Below, piece after piece: positions 35,715-46,152 of a stretch of 64,000 bases of DNA (the first letter of the stretch is position 1; each line of letters opens with the position of its first letter). The notes beneath the pieces are model-generated. The model saw nothing but the letters and a program-made list of their open reading frames with translations. It ran no database searches and had not been told where the DNA came from. This DNA is from Candidatus Sericytochromatia bacterium. Its GTDB lineage: Bacteria > Cyanobacteriota > Sericytochromatia > S15B-MN24 > VGJW01. The stretch spans positions 32,001 to 96,000 of the forward strand of contig JAYKHS010000017.1 of NCBI GenBank assembly GCA_035285865.1. The letters are read 5' to 3'. A program made the translations under genes and the position numbers.

Positions 35715-36356
35715 TCAGGGACGGCGCATGGTCGCGGCCACGCCCGCTGTCGGCATCGGCGGCACGGCCAGGCTGTCCATGTCCATCGAAACCGTGTCGG
35801 CGGATACGGCCCGAACGCCCTTGAGCCTCCCGACCGCCCCCAGGATGAAGGTGGCGAGGAAGGCCACGATCGGCTTGGGTATGGAGATGCGGCTGCGGCT
35901 GCCGACCTCGAGGCTCTCGATGCGGAACGCGAAGGTGCTGGGTGTGGTCCGGGCGTGCTCGAGGCGCGTGCGGAAGGGCAAAGTCAGCCCGAAGAACTTG
36001 AGGTTGCCCTCCGCATGGACCTTGCGGTTTTCGCCGAGATGCACGGCCATGTCCTGAACGAGGTGTCCCCCCTGGACGGCCATCTGCTGGTCTACCTGCG
36101 TGCTGAAGATGGCGTACGAGGCCACGCCTTGCACCCGCGCCACGTTCGGGCCCGTGAAGGTGAAGCGGAAGTCCCTGCCATGCTTGCCCTCCAGCAAATC
36201 GCCCATGTCGATGGCGAGTTTGACCGGGATGAAGCCCAGGACGCGTTCGTCGACCTGGAGTTTGGCACCCGGATTGATGCTGAGGCCGCCGGCAGCCACC
36301 GCCGGCACCCGCGTGGCGGAGGCCACCGGTAGCCGTGAGGCGGGGAGAGCTTGCAT
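35715..36356 (-). CDS. Hypothetical protein
   Basis: ATG-started ORF with coding-like codon bias that fills the gap; no recognised motif. Confidence 0.6.
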   Translation of the reverse strand: MQALPASRLPVASATRVPAVAAGGLSINPGAKLQVDERVLGFIPVKLAIDMGDLLEGKHGRDFRFTFTGPNVARVQGVASYAIFSTQVDQQMAVQGGHLVQDMAVHLGENRKVHAEGNLKFFGLTLPFRTRLEHARTTPSTFAFRIESLEVGSRSRISIPKPIVAFLATFILGAVGRLKGVRAVSADTVSMDMDSLAVPPMPTAGVAATMRRP

Positions 36357-36422
36357 GATGGTCTTGTCCCGGCAGGCACGGGGAGTCTTGTGGTCTCCCG
36401 GTGAAGACGAGGCAAAGTTCTG

Positions 36423-38798
36423 GTGAATATCGCAGAATCACCCCCGCCCATCGCGACGGCATCCGTCGAGGGCGCGGTGTTGCGCGTGCGCGGCGGCGAA
36501 GGGGGAACCCGTTTCCTGCTGGATCTCGACAGGGTCCGGGCGACGTGGGACCCCGTCTCCGCCAGTCAGTTGCTGGGTATCTTCTCGTTCCGTGGCGGGG
36601 ACCGGGAGTGGCGGGACTTGCCGCGGGCCCCGATCCCCTGGTCCGAACCTGGCGTCGCGCCTCTCGCCTGGTGGCCCGTGCCGGGGTCTCCGTGGCGGGG
36701 TTTGTCCCTTGAGGTCGCGGGACGCGACGATGGCGGTCTGGACATGCGGTACCGCTGGGTCGGCGACGGGCCGCCGGCACGCCTTGGCCTCTCCTGGAGC
36801 CTCGGGGCCGAGGAGGGGCTTTACGGCCTGGGCTCCCGCACCAATGCACTGGATCAGCATGGCCGCGTCCTGCCCTGCTGGGTCGAGGAAGGGGGCAACG
36901 GCAAGTCCGAGCAACCCCTGCCCGGCGTCGGCAACGTGCCGTGGAGTTCCCACGCCCCCGTGCCCTTCCTGCTTTCCTCCGCAGGCTATGGCCTGCTGGC
37001 GGGCACCACCGCCCGGTCGGTCTGGGATCTTGGGGCCACCGATCCCGCGCGGCTCAGGCTGGTCGTGGACGAGGCTTCACCGACGCTGACGGTGTGGACG
37101 GGTGCCGGGCCCGAGGAGATCCTGACCCGGGCGACGGCCAGCATGGGGCGACCCCGCGTGCCGCCCGCATGGGTCATGGCGCCGGCGGAGTGGGGCAAGG
37201 GCGGCCAGGATGCCGTGCTGGCCCGCGCGCGGCGCCTGCGGGACGCAAGGGTGCCCTTCTCGACGCTCTGGTACGAGGACTGGGTAGGCCTCCAACACGG
37301 TCCTCTGCCGGGCCTCACGCACATGCCGTGGGGCCGCTGGGAGGCCGATGCCGCGCAGTATCCGGATGTCCATACGCTGAACCGGACCCTCTCCGGCATG
37401 GGTCTGAAGGCCCTGGGGTACTTCAATCCGTTCGTGCCCGGGGACCATCCGCAGCGGACTGCGCTGGAGGGCCTGGGGGCCGTCGTCCGCGATCGTTCCG
37501 GGCATCCGATGGATTGGCCGGGGCCCTTCGGATTGCTGTCCATGCTGGATCTCTGGTCCGAAGGCCTTCGGCCATGGGTGGAGCGGCGACTCGAGGCCTT
37601 TGCCGAGGCCGGATTCTCCGGGGCCATGGTCGATTTCGGAGAGTGGCTGCCTCACGGTGCGGAGCTCTCCGGTGGGCGCACCGGGGCCACGGCGCACAAT
37701 GCCTATCCCGTCGCATGGGCCGATCTGCATCGGCGCTTCTGGGAGCGCGCCCGGCCGGACGGGGACTGGCTGACGTATGTCCGGGCCGGCTATACCGGGA
37801 TTCCTGCGTCCTGCACCTACATGTGGGCGGCGGACCAGGACACCGACTGGGGCGAGGCCGATGGTTTCCCCTCGGCCCTGACGGCGATTCTTACGGCCGG
37901 GCTGTCGGGCATTCCCTTCATGACCCATGATGTCGGCGGTTTCGCGACCCTGGGCGGGCCTGCCCGGTCCCCCGAACTGCTGGCACGCTGGTTGGCCTTC
38001 GGGGCCTTCAGCAGCGTGATGCGGACGCATTCGGGTCAGAAGCCCCTGCTCAATGCCCAGACGGATGGCAGCGAACGCCTGCTGGGTCTGACGCGCAAGT
38101 GGGCCGGCTGGTCGATGGCCACCCTGCCCTACAGGCATGCCCTCGTGGCCGAGGCCGCCCGGACCGGCATGCCCCTGATGCGGCCCCTCTGGCTCACGTG
38201 GCCGGCCGACCCCCTATGCCGGGACATGCACGACACCTACATGCTGGGCGCCGACCTGCTGGTAGCTCCGGTCTTCCGGCCCGGCGCCACCCGCCGTCGT
38301 CTCTACCTGCCGCGCGGGACCTGGTATGACCTCTGGGAGGGTGCGCCCCGGCAGGGCGGACGTTGGCACGAAGTCGACGCGCCGCTGGATCACTTGCCTG
38401 TCTTCGTCCGCGAGGGCGCCATCCTGCCGCTGTTGCCCGAGGGCGTCGACACCGTCCTCGAGGCGGAGGACCCGGCCATCCGCGACGCAGCGGTCGCCCG
38501 TTCCGGCCTGCGCGTGTGGACGTGGCCCGGTCGGCCCGATCAACAGAGGACCTTGGTGTTGGCAGACGGGACGACGCTGGTCCATCGCTGGGAGCCGTTC
38601 CCCCAGGATGCCACGGGCCGCGTGCCCGAGGAGACCGACCTCGCCTGGGACGGCCGGCGGCCGATCGAGCGCGTGGTGGTCGACGGCGGGGGACGCTGGA
38701 CATTGAAGGTCACGCCGCCGCCCGGGGGCCGCTCGCCCCTTGCCATCGCGTGGTGGCGCCGAGGAGTCAGTCGGACGACCGTCGCCGTTCGGCCCTGA
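36423..38798 (+). CDS. Glycoside hydrolase family 31 (YihQ-like subgroup)
   Basis: YGLGSR, WYEDW, MVDFGE nucleophile, HNAYP, WAADQ acid/base, HDVGGF, G.PLMRPL, LLVAPV. Confidence 0.9.
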   Translation: MNIAESPPPIATASVEGAVLRVRGGEGGTRFLLDLDRVRATWDPVSASQLLGIFSFRGGDREWRDLPRAPIPWSEPGVAPLAWWPVPGSPWRGLSLEVAGRDDGGLDMRYRWVGDGPPARLGLSWSLGAEEGLYGLGSRTNALDQHGRVLPCWVEEGGNGKSEQPLPGVGNVPWSSHAPVPFLLSSAGYGLLAGTTARSVWDLGATDPARLRLVVDEASPTLTVWTGAGPEEILTRATASMGRPRVPPAWVMAPAEWGKGGQDAVLARARRLRDARVPFSTLWYEDWVGLQHGPLPGLTHMPWGRWEADAAQYPDVHTLNRTLSGMGLKALGYFNPFVPGDHPQRTALEGLGAVVRDRSGHPMDWPGPFGLLSMLDLWSEGLRPWVERRLEAFAEAGFSGAMVDFGEWLPHGAELSGGRTGATAHNAYPVAWADLHRRFWERARPDGDWLTYVRAGYTGIPASCTYMWAADQDTDWGEADGFPSALTAILTAGLSGIPFMTHDVGGFATLGGPARSPELLARWLAFGAFSSVMRTHSGQKPLLNAQTDGSERLLGLTRKWAGWSMATLPYRHALVAEAARTGMPLMRPLWLTWPADPLCRDMHDTYMLGADLLVAPVFRPGATRRRLYLPRGTWYDLWEGAPRQGGRWHEVDAPLDHLPVFVREGAILPLLPEGVDTVLEAEDPAIRDAAVARSGLRVWTWPGRPDQQRTLVLADGTTLVHRWEPFPQDATGRVPEETDLAWDGRRPIERVVVDGGGRWTLKVTPPPGGRSPLAIAWWRRGVSRTTVAVRP

Positions 38799-39597
38799 CG
38801 AGGTCGCGGGCGGCCCGCGCGAAGGCACCCAGGCGGCGGTTCGTGGCCTCGAGGGGCGGCATCGCCGTCAGCGCGACCAGCGTGGTGCTCCCATCCGCGT
38901 CGAACAGGATGCCGGCATCATGGCTGGTGCGGCTGGTTTCGCCGGTCTTGTGGGCGAGTCGGTCTTCGGGGGCCAGGTCCCTGCGAAAGCGCGCCGTGTC
39001 CTCCTGCCCCAGCAGCACCTCCCGCATCCGGGCATCCGCCTCGGGGCCGACGAGGGCGTCCGTGGCCAGCAGGTGCAGCAATCGTGCGATACCCCGAGCC
39101 GTGATGCGATTGCCGGGGGGCTGCGCACCGGGCATGGGTACCGTGCCGCCCAGCTTGCGACGGACTTCGATGCCTTCGAGGCCACGCCCCGCCAGCCACG
39201 CCGCGACATGGTCCGCCCCGAGCAGCCCCAGCAACATGTTCGTGGCCACGTTGTCGCTCTTCCGGATCATGAGCCGGTCCAGCTCTTCAAGGGTCACGAA
39301 CTGACCCGGTATCAGAGCGGGCTTCCACGTGTCCGTATAGTCGGCCATCGTCACCTCGAGGCTCTGGTCCGGCCGCAGCCTGCCTTCCGCCCAAGCCGCA
39401 TGCAGGGCAGCCATCACCGGGACCTTGATGATGGAAGCGGCGGTGAAGGGGGTGTCGCCCAGATGGTAGGCGGCGCGACGTTCATCGTTCAGAACGACCG
39501 CAAGACCGGCATCCTCGAGCCCCGTGTCGCGGGCGATGGCTGTCAGACCCGAGGCGAGGTCGGCATCCTCTGTAAGAGGTCGTTCTTGGAGTGTCAT
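38767..39597 (-). CDS. Class A beta-lactamase-like serine hydrolase
   Basis: ASIIK (SxxK), SDN, HKTG, HDAG. Confidence 0.88.
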   Translation of the reverse strand: MTLQERPLTEDADLASGLTAIARDTGLEDAGLAVVLNDERRAAYHLGDTPFTAASIIKVPVMAALHAAWAEGRLRPDQSLEVTMADYTDTWKPALIPGQFVTLEELDRLMIRKSDNVATNMLLGLLGADHVAAWLAGRGLEGIEVRRKLGGTVPMPGAQPPGNRITARGIARLLHLLATDALVGPEADARMREVLLGQEDTARFRRDLAPEDRLAHKTGETSRTSHDAGILFDADGSTTLVALTAMPPLEATNRRLGAFARAARDLVRAERRRSSD

Positions 39598-39675
39598 TTA
39601 ATAGTTTATTTACGGGTTGTTCACGTGCTATGCACGAGTCATACCTTTTCCCGACCCCCAAGGATAGTCCATCCC

Positions 39676-41058
39676 ATGGCCCTGTTCCGACCCTTTTCCT
39701 TCGCCCTGCTCGGTATTGCCCTCGCTTCATGCGGGGTGGCCGCCCCGCTCTCTGGCGGTATCGGCGAGGTTCTGGACGCCGACGGCCGCAAGGTCCGCTC
39801 GGCCTGGCGCTTCGTCCAGCGCGCCCGACTGCAGGTTTCCCGTCCGGCCTTCCTGCGCCTGGAACGTCTGCGTCCCTCGGGCCCCGAGTCCCTGTTGGTC
39901 AGCACCTTTGGCGTGATGGGCAAGGCCGACGGCGTGCATGCCTGGCCGGATGCCGCCGCGGTCTTGACGCGCCCGGAGGCTCGGCCCCAGCAGCTGGCAC
40001 GCGGCGTGGTGTGGCCGAACGAGGCCATCGTGCTTCCGGCCGGGGCCTTCGGCAAGTACGACATGGTTGTGGCGGGTGGTTTTCTGGTGCCGGGCAAGAC
40101 CGGAGCCCTGACGCTCATCGACCTGCCTGAGCCGGGCCAGTCCCTCGAACCCGGGCGCATCCTGCCGGGAACGGTCCGTCCTGATGACCCCTCGGCAGGA
40201 CCGATGGTGGTCTACGACAACGAGACGAAGATTACCCGTGATCGTGCGGGTTGGTTCTACCATCGCACGGTCGTCCGGGACATGGATGGCGACGGACGCC
40301 TCGACCTGCTGACGGCCCGGGCCCGCAAAGGCATGGGTGGATCCGAAGGCGAACTGGTCTGGCTGCGCCAGCCGGCTGCCCGAAATGCGCGCGGTCCCGT
40401 CGGGCCGTGGGCCGAGACCGTCATTGCCAAAGGCCCCGATGTCCACTTCAGGGTCGAGGACCTCGACGGCGACGGACAGCCCGAAATCCTCGCGACAGAG
40501 TTCTTCTCGCGCAAGCTGACGCTGCTCTGGCAGGTCGGCGGTGCCTGGCAGCGGCGCGTGCTCGACGACACGCTGGGGTCGGCCTTCGACCTGGATCTGG
40601 TGGATCTCGACGGCGACGGGAAGCGGGATTTGCTGGTGACCAACCATGAGGCCGATGCCAAAGCCGCCGTCTTCGCCTACACCGTGCCGGCTGACTTCAG
40701 GACGGCCTCGTGGCCCCGGCATGTCCTGCTCTCGGGCATCAAGACCCGCAATGGCGGCATGAACCAAGCCTCACCCGGTCAGGCCGTGGCCTTCCAGCCC
40801 GAGCCGGCGCGTCCGGCCAGCCGGCCGTGGATCGTGGTCGGCGGGGATGGTTCGCAGCGCGCCCACCTCCTGGAGCCTGTGGATGCCCGTCCGGGGACGT
40901 GGTCCTATCGCGAGCGCATTCTGGCGGATGTCGGGTGCACCGTGGGCCAGTGCGCCGTCGGGGACGTGGACGGCGACGGCCGGTCGGAGATCTTCGTGCC
41001 GGCCTACGACAAGGACACGATCCACGTCTTCGGCGTCGCGGCCGCGACGGGCCGCTAG
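39676..41058 (+). CDS. FG-GAP/VCBS repeat lipoprotein
   Basis: Lipobox ALASC; four D-x-DGDG-x-x-D/E Ca-binding repeats. Confidence 0.82.
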   Translation: MALFRPFSFALLGIALASCGVAAPLSGGIGEVLDADGRKVRSAWRFVQRARLQVSRPAFLRLERLRPSGPESLLVSTFGVMGKADGVHAWPDAAAVLTRPEARPQQLARGVVWPNEAIVLPAGAFGKYDMVVAGGFLVPGKTGALTLIDLPEPGQSLEPGRILPGTVRPDDPSAGPMVVYDNETKITRDRAGWFYHRTVVRDMDGDGRLDLLTARARKGMGGSEGELVWLRQPAARNARGPVGPWAETVIAKGPDVHFRVEDLDGDGQPEILATEFFSRKLTLLWQVGGAWQRRVLDDTLGSAFDLDLVDLDGDGKRDLLVTNHEADAKAAVFAYTVPADFRTASWPRHVLLSGIKTRNGGMNQASPGQAVAFQPEPARPASRPWIVVGGDGSQRAHLLEPVDARPGTWSYRERILADVGCTVGQCAVGDVDGDGRSEIFVPAYDKDTIHVFGVAAATGR

Positions 41059-41681
41059 GCGCTCAGCCGGCGGGTCCGGAAGAGGTTCGCCATGGTCGCC
41101 GCGAAACGAGTACCGGCGTAGAGGCGGTTGTCCTCGAGGTTGATCACCTCGCGGACGCCGCGCTCGAGCATCCGGGCTTCTTCCGGGTCGATCGGGGCCC
41201 CCGTCAGCTGGTTCAGGGCCTGCATGAGGCGGTTGCAACGTTCGAGCAGTTCGGCGACGTGCCGCTCCCGGCCGCGGATGATGCCGCTGTCGGCATCCCG
41301 GATCTCCCGGGCACGGCCTACCATTTCCTCGATGCCGGCGGCGACGGCCATGCCGGTGGAAGCTGCCGCCATCTCCTCGGCCAACTGCTTGCGGGTGGGG
41401 AGTGCCGATTGGCGGATGGCACGGGCTTCACGGGCCAGCAGGGCCTGAAGCATCCGCCACGACAGCCGTCCTTCCTCGCACGCCGTGGCCGTCTCGAGCA
41501 GGCGCCGGGTGCTGACGGATGTCATCAGGCCGCTCGCGATCAACCGGGCCAGCCGCGCCACGATCTCGATGGCGTAGCGGATCTCGACGGCTCCGATGGC
41601 ATCGTCGACACGGACCTGCTGGCGCAGCCGGAACTGCATGGCCTCGAGGGTCTGGGCGGGTGTGCGAACGATCGTCTGCAT
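41055..41681 (-). CDS. Hypothetical helical protein
   Basis: ATG at 41681 with GGGAG SD; coding-like bias. Confidence 0.6.
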   Translation of the reverse strand: MQTIVRTPAQTLEAMQFRLRQQVRVDDAIGAVEIRYAIEIVARLARLIASGLMTSVSTRRLLETATACEEGRLSWRMLQALLAREARAIRQSALPTRKQLAEEMAAASTGMAVAAGIEEMVGRAREIRDADSGIIRGRERHVAELLERCNRLMQALNQLTGAPIDPEEARMLERGVREVINLEDNRLYAGTRFAATMANLFRTRRLSA

Positions 41682-41893
41682 GGGGTTGCTCCCGTGAAGC
41701 TGGAACCGATGCCTTCCTGTCGCCCCGAGGTGGGCTCGGACGGAAGTCGCGAAACATGAAACCAACGCCAATTCATCAGCCGGGTGGCGTCTGTTAAGGC
41801 CGCATTGGAATTGCGTTCGGGCGGGCAAGGCGGATGCCCGGCGCGTGCTCGTGGGCACATGCATGGGGGGCGCTCGACGTCCGGGAGGTTCAG

Positions 41894-43576
41894 ATGGATG
41901 CATGGCTGTCGCGTCTTGCGCGGCGGACAGGAGCGGGTGATGCGCTGTCCGAGGCCGTGGCCGGATTTCGATTGCTCGAGATCGATGCCGAGGAATTGGA
42001 CCGGCTTGCGGTGCGTGCCAATGCCATCGGCCCGGCCCTCAGGACCCACGATCGCCTCGGCGAACCGATCGGTGAATTGGAGATCGATCCGGCCTATCGG
42101 ACCCTCGAGGACGTGGCCTACGGGGATCTGTCCCTCGTCGCACGGCCGCTGTCGCGCATGCTGGAACCCGGGGACAAGCCGTGGGTGCGGTCTGTCTCCT
42201 TTGCCCTGGGCGAGGCCTTCAGCCGATTCGAGCAGGGACTCTACTGCCCGCTCTGCATGACCGATGGTGCCGCCGTGGTGCTGCGTCGTACCGGGGATCC
42301 CGCACTTTGGGCGCGGATGGGCGAGCGGTTGGGCGGGCGGGCCCGGGATCGTTGGACCGGGGCCATGTTCCTGACGGAGCGGCAGGGCGGATCCGACGTC
42401 GGGGCGGCCACGGCCGTGGCGGTCCGGGATCCCGAGGCCGAGGGCGGGTGGCGCCTGCACGGAGAGAAGTGGTTCTGCTCCAATGCGGGAGCCGATGTCT
42501 CGCTGGTGCTGGCGCGGCCTGAGGGGGCGCCAGCCGGTACCCGGGGTCTGGGCCTGTTCGCCCTGCCACGTCTCTGGCCGGACGGTCGGCGCAACCCCTA
42601 TCGCCTGCGCCGCCTCAAGGACAAACTGGGTACCCGGTCCATGGCGACCGCCGAGGTCGAGTTGTCCGGAGCCACGGCCTGGGCCGTCGGGCCCCTGGAT
42701 CAGGGATTCCAGCAGATGGCCGCGATGATCAACATGTCCCGTCTCTACAACGCCATCGCCTCGTCTGGTGTGATGGGCCGCGCGCTCGCCGAGGCACGCG
42801 CCTGGACCTCACGCCGCAAGGCCTTCGGAAGGTCGTTGGTCGAGCACCCGCTGGTGGCAAGGCAGTTGCGGGATCTCGAAGCCGAACGCGAGGCAGCCGC
42901 GTCCCTGCTGTTCATGGTCGTGGGCGCGCTCGATCGTCAGGAGGCCGAGGTGGGCGGGGCCGACGACGCCGGCATCGTCCGACTCTTCACGCCGATGCTC
43001 AAGATGGCCACGGCGCGTCGGGCCGTCTGGGCCGCCAGCGAGGCCATCGAACTGCTGGGCGGCAACGGCTATGTCGAGGATTGGGTGACGGCCCGCTTTT
43101 ATCGTGATGCCCAGGTGCTCCCCGTCTGGGAAGGTGCCTCCAACATGCAGGTGCATGACGTGGTTCGGGTCCTGACCCGGTCGGATGGCGCCGGCGTGCT
43201 CGAACGGTGGGCCCGTCAAGGGCTGGACGAAGTCACGGGAGCTTCGGATCCACGGCTGGCGGCGCTTGGGGCAGAACTGACCGGCGATTGGGCACGTCTC
43301 GTGCGCGAACTGGAGGGTTGGCTGCCCCGAGCCGCCGAGGACGAAGGCCTTCAGGCCAAGGAGTGGTTGGAGCGCCTGTATCCATGGGCCGGCGCCCTGT
43401 CGCTGGCGCGCGATGCGGCAGACGAGGCGAAGAACCCGGCCGAGGCCGCGTTGGCGCCCTGTGGCTGGGTCGGCGACGTGCCCGACGATTTGTCCGGCAA
43501 CCTGATTGATCAGGCCCGGACGATGCGCGCGCGCATCCGCTGGATGGGTTCCGCCTTGGCCGTCGGCTTGGGCTGA
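41894..43576 (+). CDS. Acyl-CoA dehydrogenase (AidB-like)
   Basis: CPLCMTDG, MFLTERQGGSDVG, GEKWFCS, RLKDKLGTRS, LGGNGYVE, WEGASN; GGGAGG SD. Confidence 0.9.
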   Translation: MDAWLSRLARRTGAGDALSEAVAGFRLLEIDAEELDRLAVRANAIGPALRTHDRLGEPIGELEIDPAYRTLEDVAYGDLSLVARPLSRMLEPGDKPWVRSVSFALGEAFSRFEQGLYCPLCMTDGAAVVLRRTGDPALWARMGERLGGRARDRWTGAMFLTERQGGSDVGAATAVAVRDPEAEGGWRLHGEKWFCSNAGADVSLVLARPEGAPAGTRGLGLFALPRLWPDGRRNPYRLRRLKDKLGTRSMATAEVELSGATAWAVGPLDQGFQQMAAMINMSRLYNAIASSGVMGRALAEARAWTSRRKAFGRSLVEHPLVARQLRDLEAEREAAASLLFMVVGALDRQEAEVGGADDAGIVRLFTPMLKMATARRAVWAASEAIELLGGNGYVEDWVTARFYRDAQVLPVWEGASNMQVHDVVRVLTRSDGAGVLERWARQGLDEVTGASDPRLAALGAELTGDWARLVRELEGWLPRAAEDEGLQAKEWLERLYPWAGALSLARDAADEAKNPAEAALAPCGWVGDVPDDLSGNLIDQARTMRARIRWMGSALAVGLG

Positions 43577-43592
43577 GAAGCCCGGGGCTTCA

Positions 43593-44069
43593 TCAGGGCT
43601 TGATGGGCATCGGGGGCAGCGGGATGTAGGGCGGCGGGGGCGGCGTGGGAATGGCCTGAACCAACGCGACCGTCCGGTGCGTCCGACGGGTGCCGTCCGG
43701 GGCCGTTGCCGTCACCTCGAGGCGGGATGAAGCCGGCCAGTCGAGCCACCAGCGCACTTCCTGACCTTCGCGGCGGTCGAGCATGCCGCCCAGCGCCTGC
43801 CACTTGAAGGTCACGCCTTCGGGGGCGTTGGCCGTCAGGACGGCCTTGACCGTGACGCGGCTGTTCTGCCAAGCAGAGAAGTAGTCCGCAGGGGATCCGT
43901 TGACGTGCAGGCGGACCTCCCAGTCTTCCTGAGGCGTGGTGCGGGCCGCGAGGGCGCCGGTCTGACGGGTGACGCCGGGTTGCGCGACAGGCTGGCCGCA
44001 TCCGGCCGCCATGGCCAGCACGGCCACGCCCAGTCCAAGCGGAGAGAAGGAGGTTCGGGTCATCGGCAT
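43593..44069 (-). CDS. Lipoprotein, hypothetical (Ig/PKD-like)
   Basis: Lipobox MAAGC; beta-rich core, Pro-rich C-terminus. Confidence 0.65.
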   Translation of the reverse strand: MPMTRTSFSPLGLGVAVLAMAAGCGQPVAQPGVTRQTGALAARTTPQEDWEVRLHVNGSPADYFSAWQNSRVTVKAVLTANAPEGVTFKWQALGGMLDRREGQEVRWWLDWPASSRLEVTATAPDGTRRTHRTVALVQAIPTPPPPPYIPLPPMPIKP

Positions 44070-44163
44070 GCCTCTATCAGCGAAAGCTCTGGTCAGAATA
44101 TTGTTAAGAATAGCTTAATCCGGTTTCCGGGACAAGGAGGGGAGGGCGGGGTACGGAAGATCC

Positions 44164-44844
44164 ATGCCCTTGATCGAGGCCATCGACCTGCAGCGTCATC
44201 ACCGGACGACCGGGGAAACGGTGCGTGCCCTCGATGGGGTGAGTCTCGCGCTCGAGGCAGGTGAGCATGTCGCCCTGACAGGGCCCTCGGGGTCGGGCAA
44301 GAGCACCCTTCTCAACCTGCTTGGCGGTCTCGAACGCCCGACAGGGGGCCGTCTGCTGGTGGCTGGCACGGATCTGGCGACGTTGTCGGCGGATGAACTT
44401 GCCGAGTATCGCTGCCGTCGGGTCGGCATGATCTTCCAGTCCTTCCAGTTGCTGGGCCGCATGTCGGCGCTCGAGAACGTCATCCTGCCGATGCGTCTGG
44501 GCGGGGTGCCTCAGGTGGAGCGGACGCGCCGGGCGATGGATCTTCTGTCTCTTGTCGGTCTCGCGGCCCGTGCGGGCCATCGCCCCAGCGCACTGTCGGG
44601 AGGCGAGCAGCAGCGGGTCGCCATCGCCCGGGCGTTGTCGATGGAGCCCTCGGTGCTGCTGGCGGACGAGCCCACCGGCAATCTGGACAGCGTCCGTGCC
44701 GAGGAGATCGTCGAACTGCTCTCGCTCCTGTGCCGGGAACGTCGGCTGACCCTTGTGGTGGTGACGCACGATTCCGCGATTGCCGCCCGCGCCGGACGCC
44801 GGCTCTCGCTGCGGGACGGTCGCTTGCTGGAGGGTTCGCCGTGA
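44164..44844 (+). CDS. ABC transporter ATP-binding protein (LolD/MacB-like)
   Basis: GPSGSGKS, LSGGEQQRVAIARAL, ADEPTGNLD, VTHD. Confidence 0.95.
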   Translation: MPLIEAIDLQRHHRTTGETVRALDGVSLALEAGEHVALTGPSGSGKSTLLNLLGGLERPTGGRLLVAGTDLATLSADELAEYRCRRVGMIFQSFQLLGRMSALENVILPMRLGGVPQVERTRRAMDLLSLVGLAARAGHRPSALSGGEQQRVAIARALSMEPSVLLADEPTGNLDSVRAEEIVELLSLLCRERRLTLVVVTHDSAIAARAGRRLSLRDGRLLEGSP

Positions 44845-46139
44845 AACCGCTGGACCTCTGGTCCCTGGCGTGGTCCCAGTGGCGGGCCGCCACCCTGCGC
44901 AGCATCCTGACGACCCTTGGGGTCGCCATCGGCGTGGCGGCATTCACGACGCTCTTCGCGCTGGGCCGAGGCCTTCAGGACAATTTTCGGGATCGCCTGA
45001 TGCGGGGCGGCTTTCTCGAGGCCGTCACCGTGCTTCCTTTCCAGGAGGGTGAGGATGGCAGTCAGAAGCGCCTGCCTCTTGATGATGCGGCCTTGGGACG
45101 TTTCCGCAGCCTGCCCGGGGTCCGGCGGGTGGATCGGGACATTCGGCTGCCGGTCAAGGCAAGGGTCGCGGAGCGTCCGGGAAAGGCTCAGGGCATCGCT
45201 GTCGCCATGCCTGTCGACGCCCGTGAGGCCGAGCTTTTCGACGAGCGGGTGGCCGGGGGCTACTTCAGCGCGGAGCAGGCCGCCGAGGTCATCGTGACGG
45301 CTCCCGTGGCACGCAACCTGGGTTGGCGTCCGGCCGAGGCGATCGGCAAGGCCGTCCGTGTTTCGCCGGGCGGAGCGTTCATGGACCGGGTCCTGCAGGT
45401 GGCGTCGCCCTTCGGGCTGTTCTCGGGCGGCGGCTCGCTCGCCCGGGAGCTGACGATCGTGGGGGTGGTCGAGCGGGAGCGCACGGGCTTCGGGTCCCTG
45501 GGTGCCGCCTTCTTCCTGCCCTACGGCACGGCTCGGTCGATGGAGCAGGCATTGCTTGCCCGCATGCCGGGGGCCAGCCGCCTCGGCACCTCGTACAGTG
45601 CTTCCGTCCGACTGACGGAGCCTGCGGTGCTGCCTGAAGTCGAACGCCAGATCGGCAAGGCCGGCTACCGCACCGTTTCTTTTGCCTCGGTGCTGGAGCG
45701 TTCGCGACCTCTGTTCCTGCTGGTGGACGGGCTGCTGATCCTGATCGGGGGCGTGGCGTTGCTGGTGGCGACTCTTGGCATCGCCAACACGATGATCACG
45801 TCGGTGCTCGAGCGGACGCGCGAGATCGGCCTGCTGAAGGCGCTTGGCGGCAAGGACCGTTCGGTGATGGCCCTGTTTCTTGCGGAGAGCGCGCTGCATG
45901 GGGTCTTCGGGGGCGTCCTCGGCATCCTGATGGCGCTGGGTACCGGTCAGGTCGTCACGTTTGCGGCCGATGCGTGGTTCCGGAGGATGGGCGGCGATCC
46001 CCAGCGTGTCTTCTCGTGGTCGCCCGAGCTGCTCTCCGCGGCGTTGCTGTTGGCGGTTGGCATGTGCCTGCTGGCCGCCATCTACCCGGCGCGCCGCGCG
46101 GTCAGACTCGACCCGGCTCGTGCCCTGCGGCACGACTAG
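44841..46139 (+). CDS. ABC transporter permease (MacB/FtsX-like)
   Basis: RSILTTLGVAIG, GIANTM..SVLERTREIG.LKALG, YPARRA..LDP..ALR. Confidence 0.92.
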   Translation: MKPLDLWSLAWSQWRAATLRSILTTLGVAIGVAAFTTLFALGRGLQDNFRDRLMRGGFLEAVTVLPFQEGEDGSQKRLPLDDAALGRFRSLPGVRRVDRDIRLPVKARVAERPGKAQGIAVAMPVDAREAELFDERVAGGYFSAEQAAEVIVTAPVARNLGWRPAEAIGKAVRVSPGGAFMDRVLQVASPFGLFSGGGSLARELTIVGVVERERTGFGSLGAAFFLPYGTARSMEQALLARMPGASRLGTSYSASVRLTEPAVLPEVERQIGKAGYRTVSFASVLERSRPLFLLVDGLLILIGGVALLVATLGIANTMITSVLERTREIGLLKALGGKDRSVMALFLAESALHGVFGGVLGILMALGTGQVVTFAADAWFRRMGGDPQRVFSWSPELLSAALLLAVGMCLLAAIYPARRAVRLDPARALRHD

Positions 46140-46152
46140 CTATCATGGGGGC

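Noticed and set aside
38740..39675. N-terminal extensions in the ORF track (38740 for FG-GAP, 50004 for tldD, 15198, 17476, 21727)
   Set aside because: They overlap opposite-strand or adjacent genes; internal starts with an SD, -10 element or signal peptide fit better
41700..41760. Imperfect hairpin upstream of the gene at 41681
   Set aside because: Single interrupted stem in GC-rich DNA with no recognisable RNA motif; insufficient support
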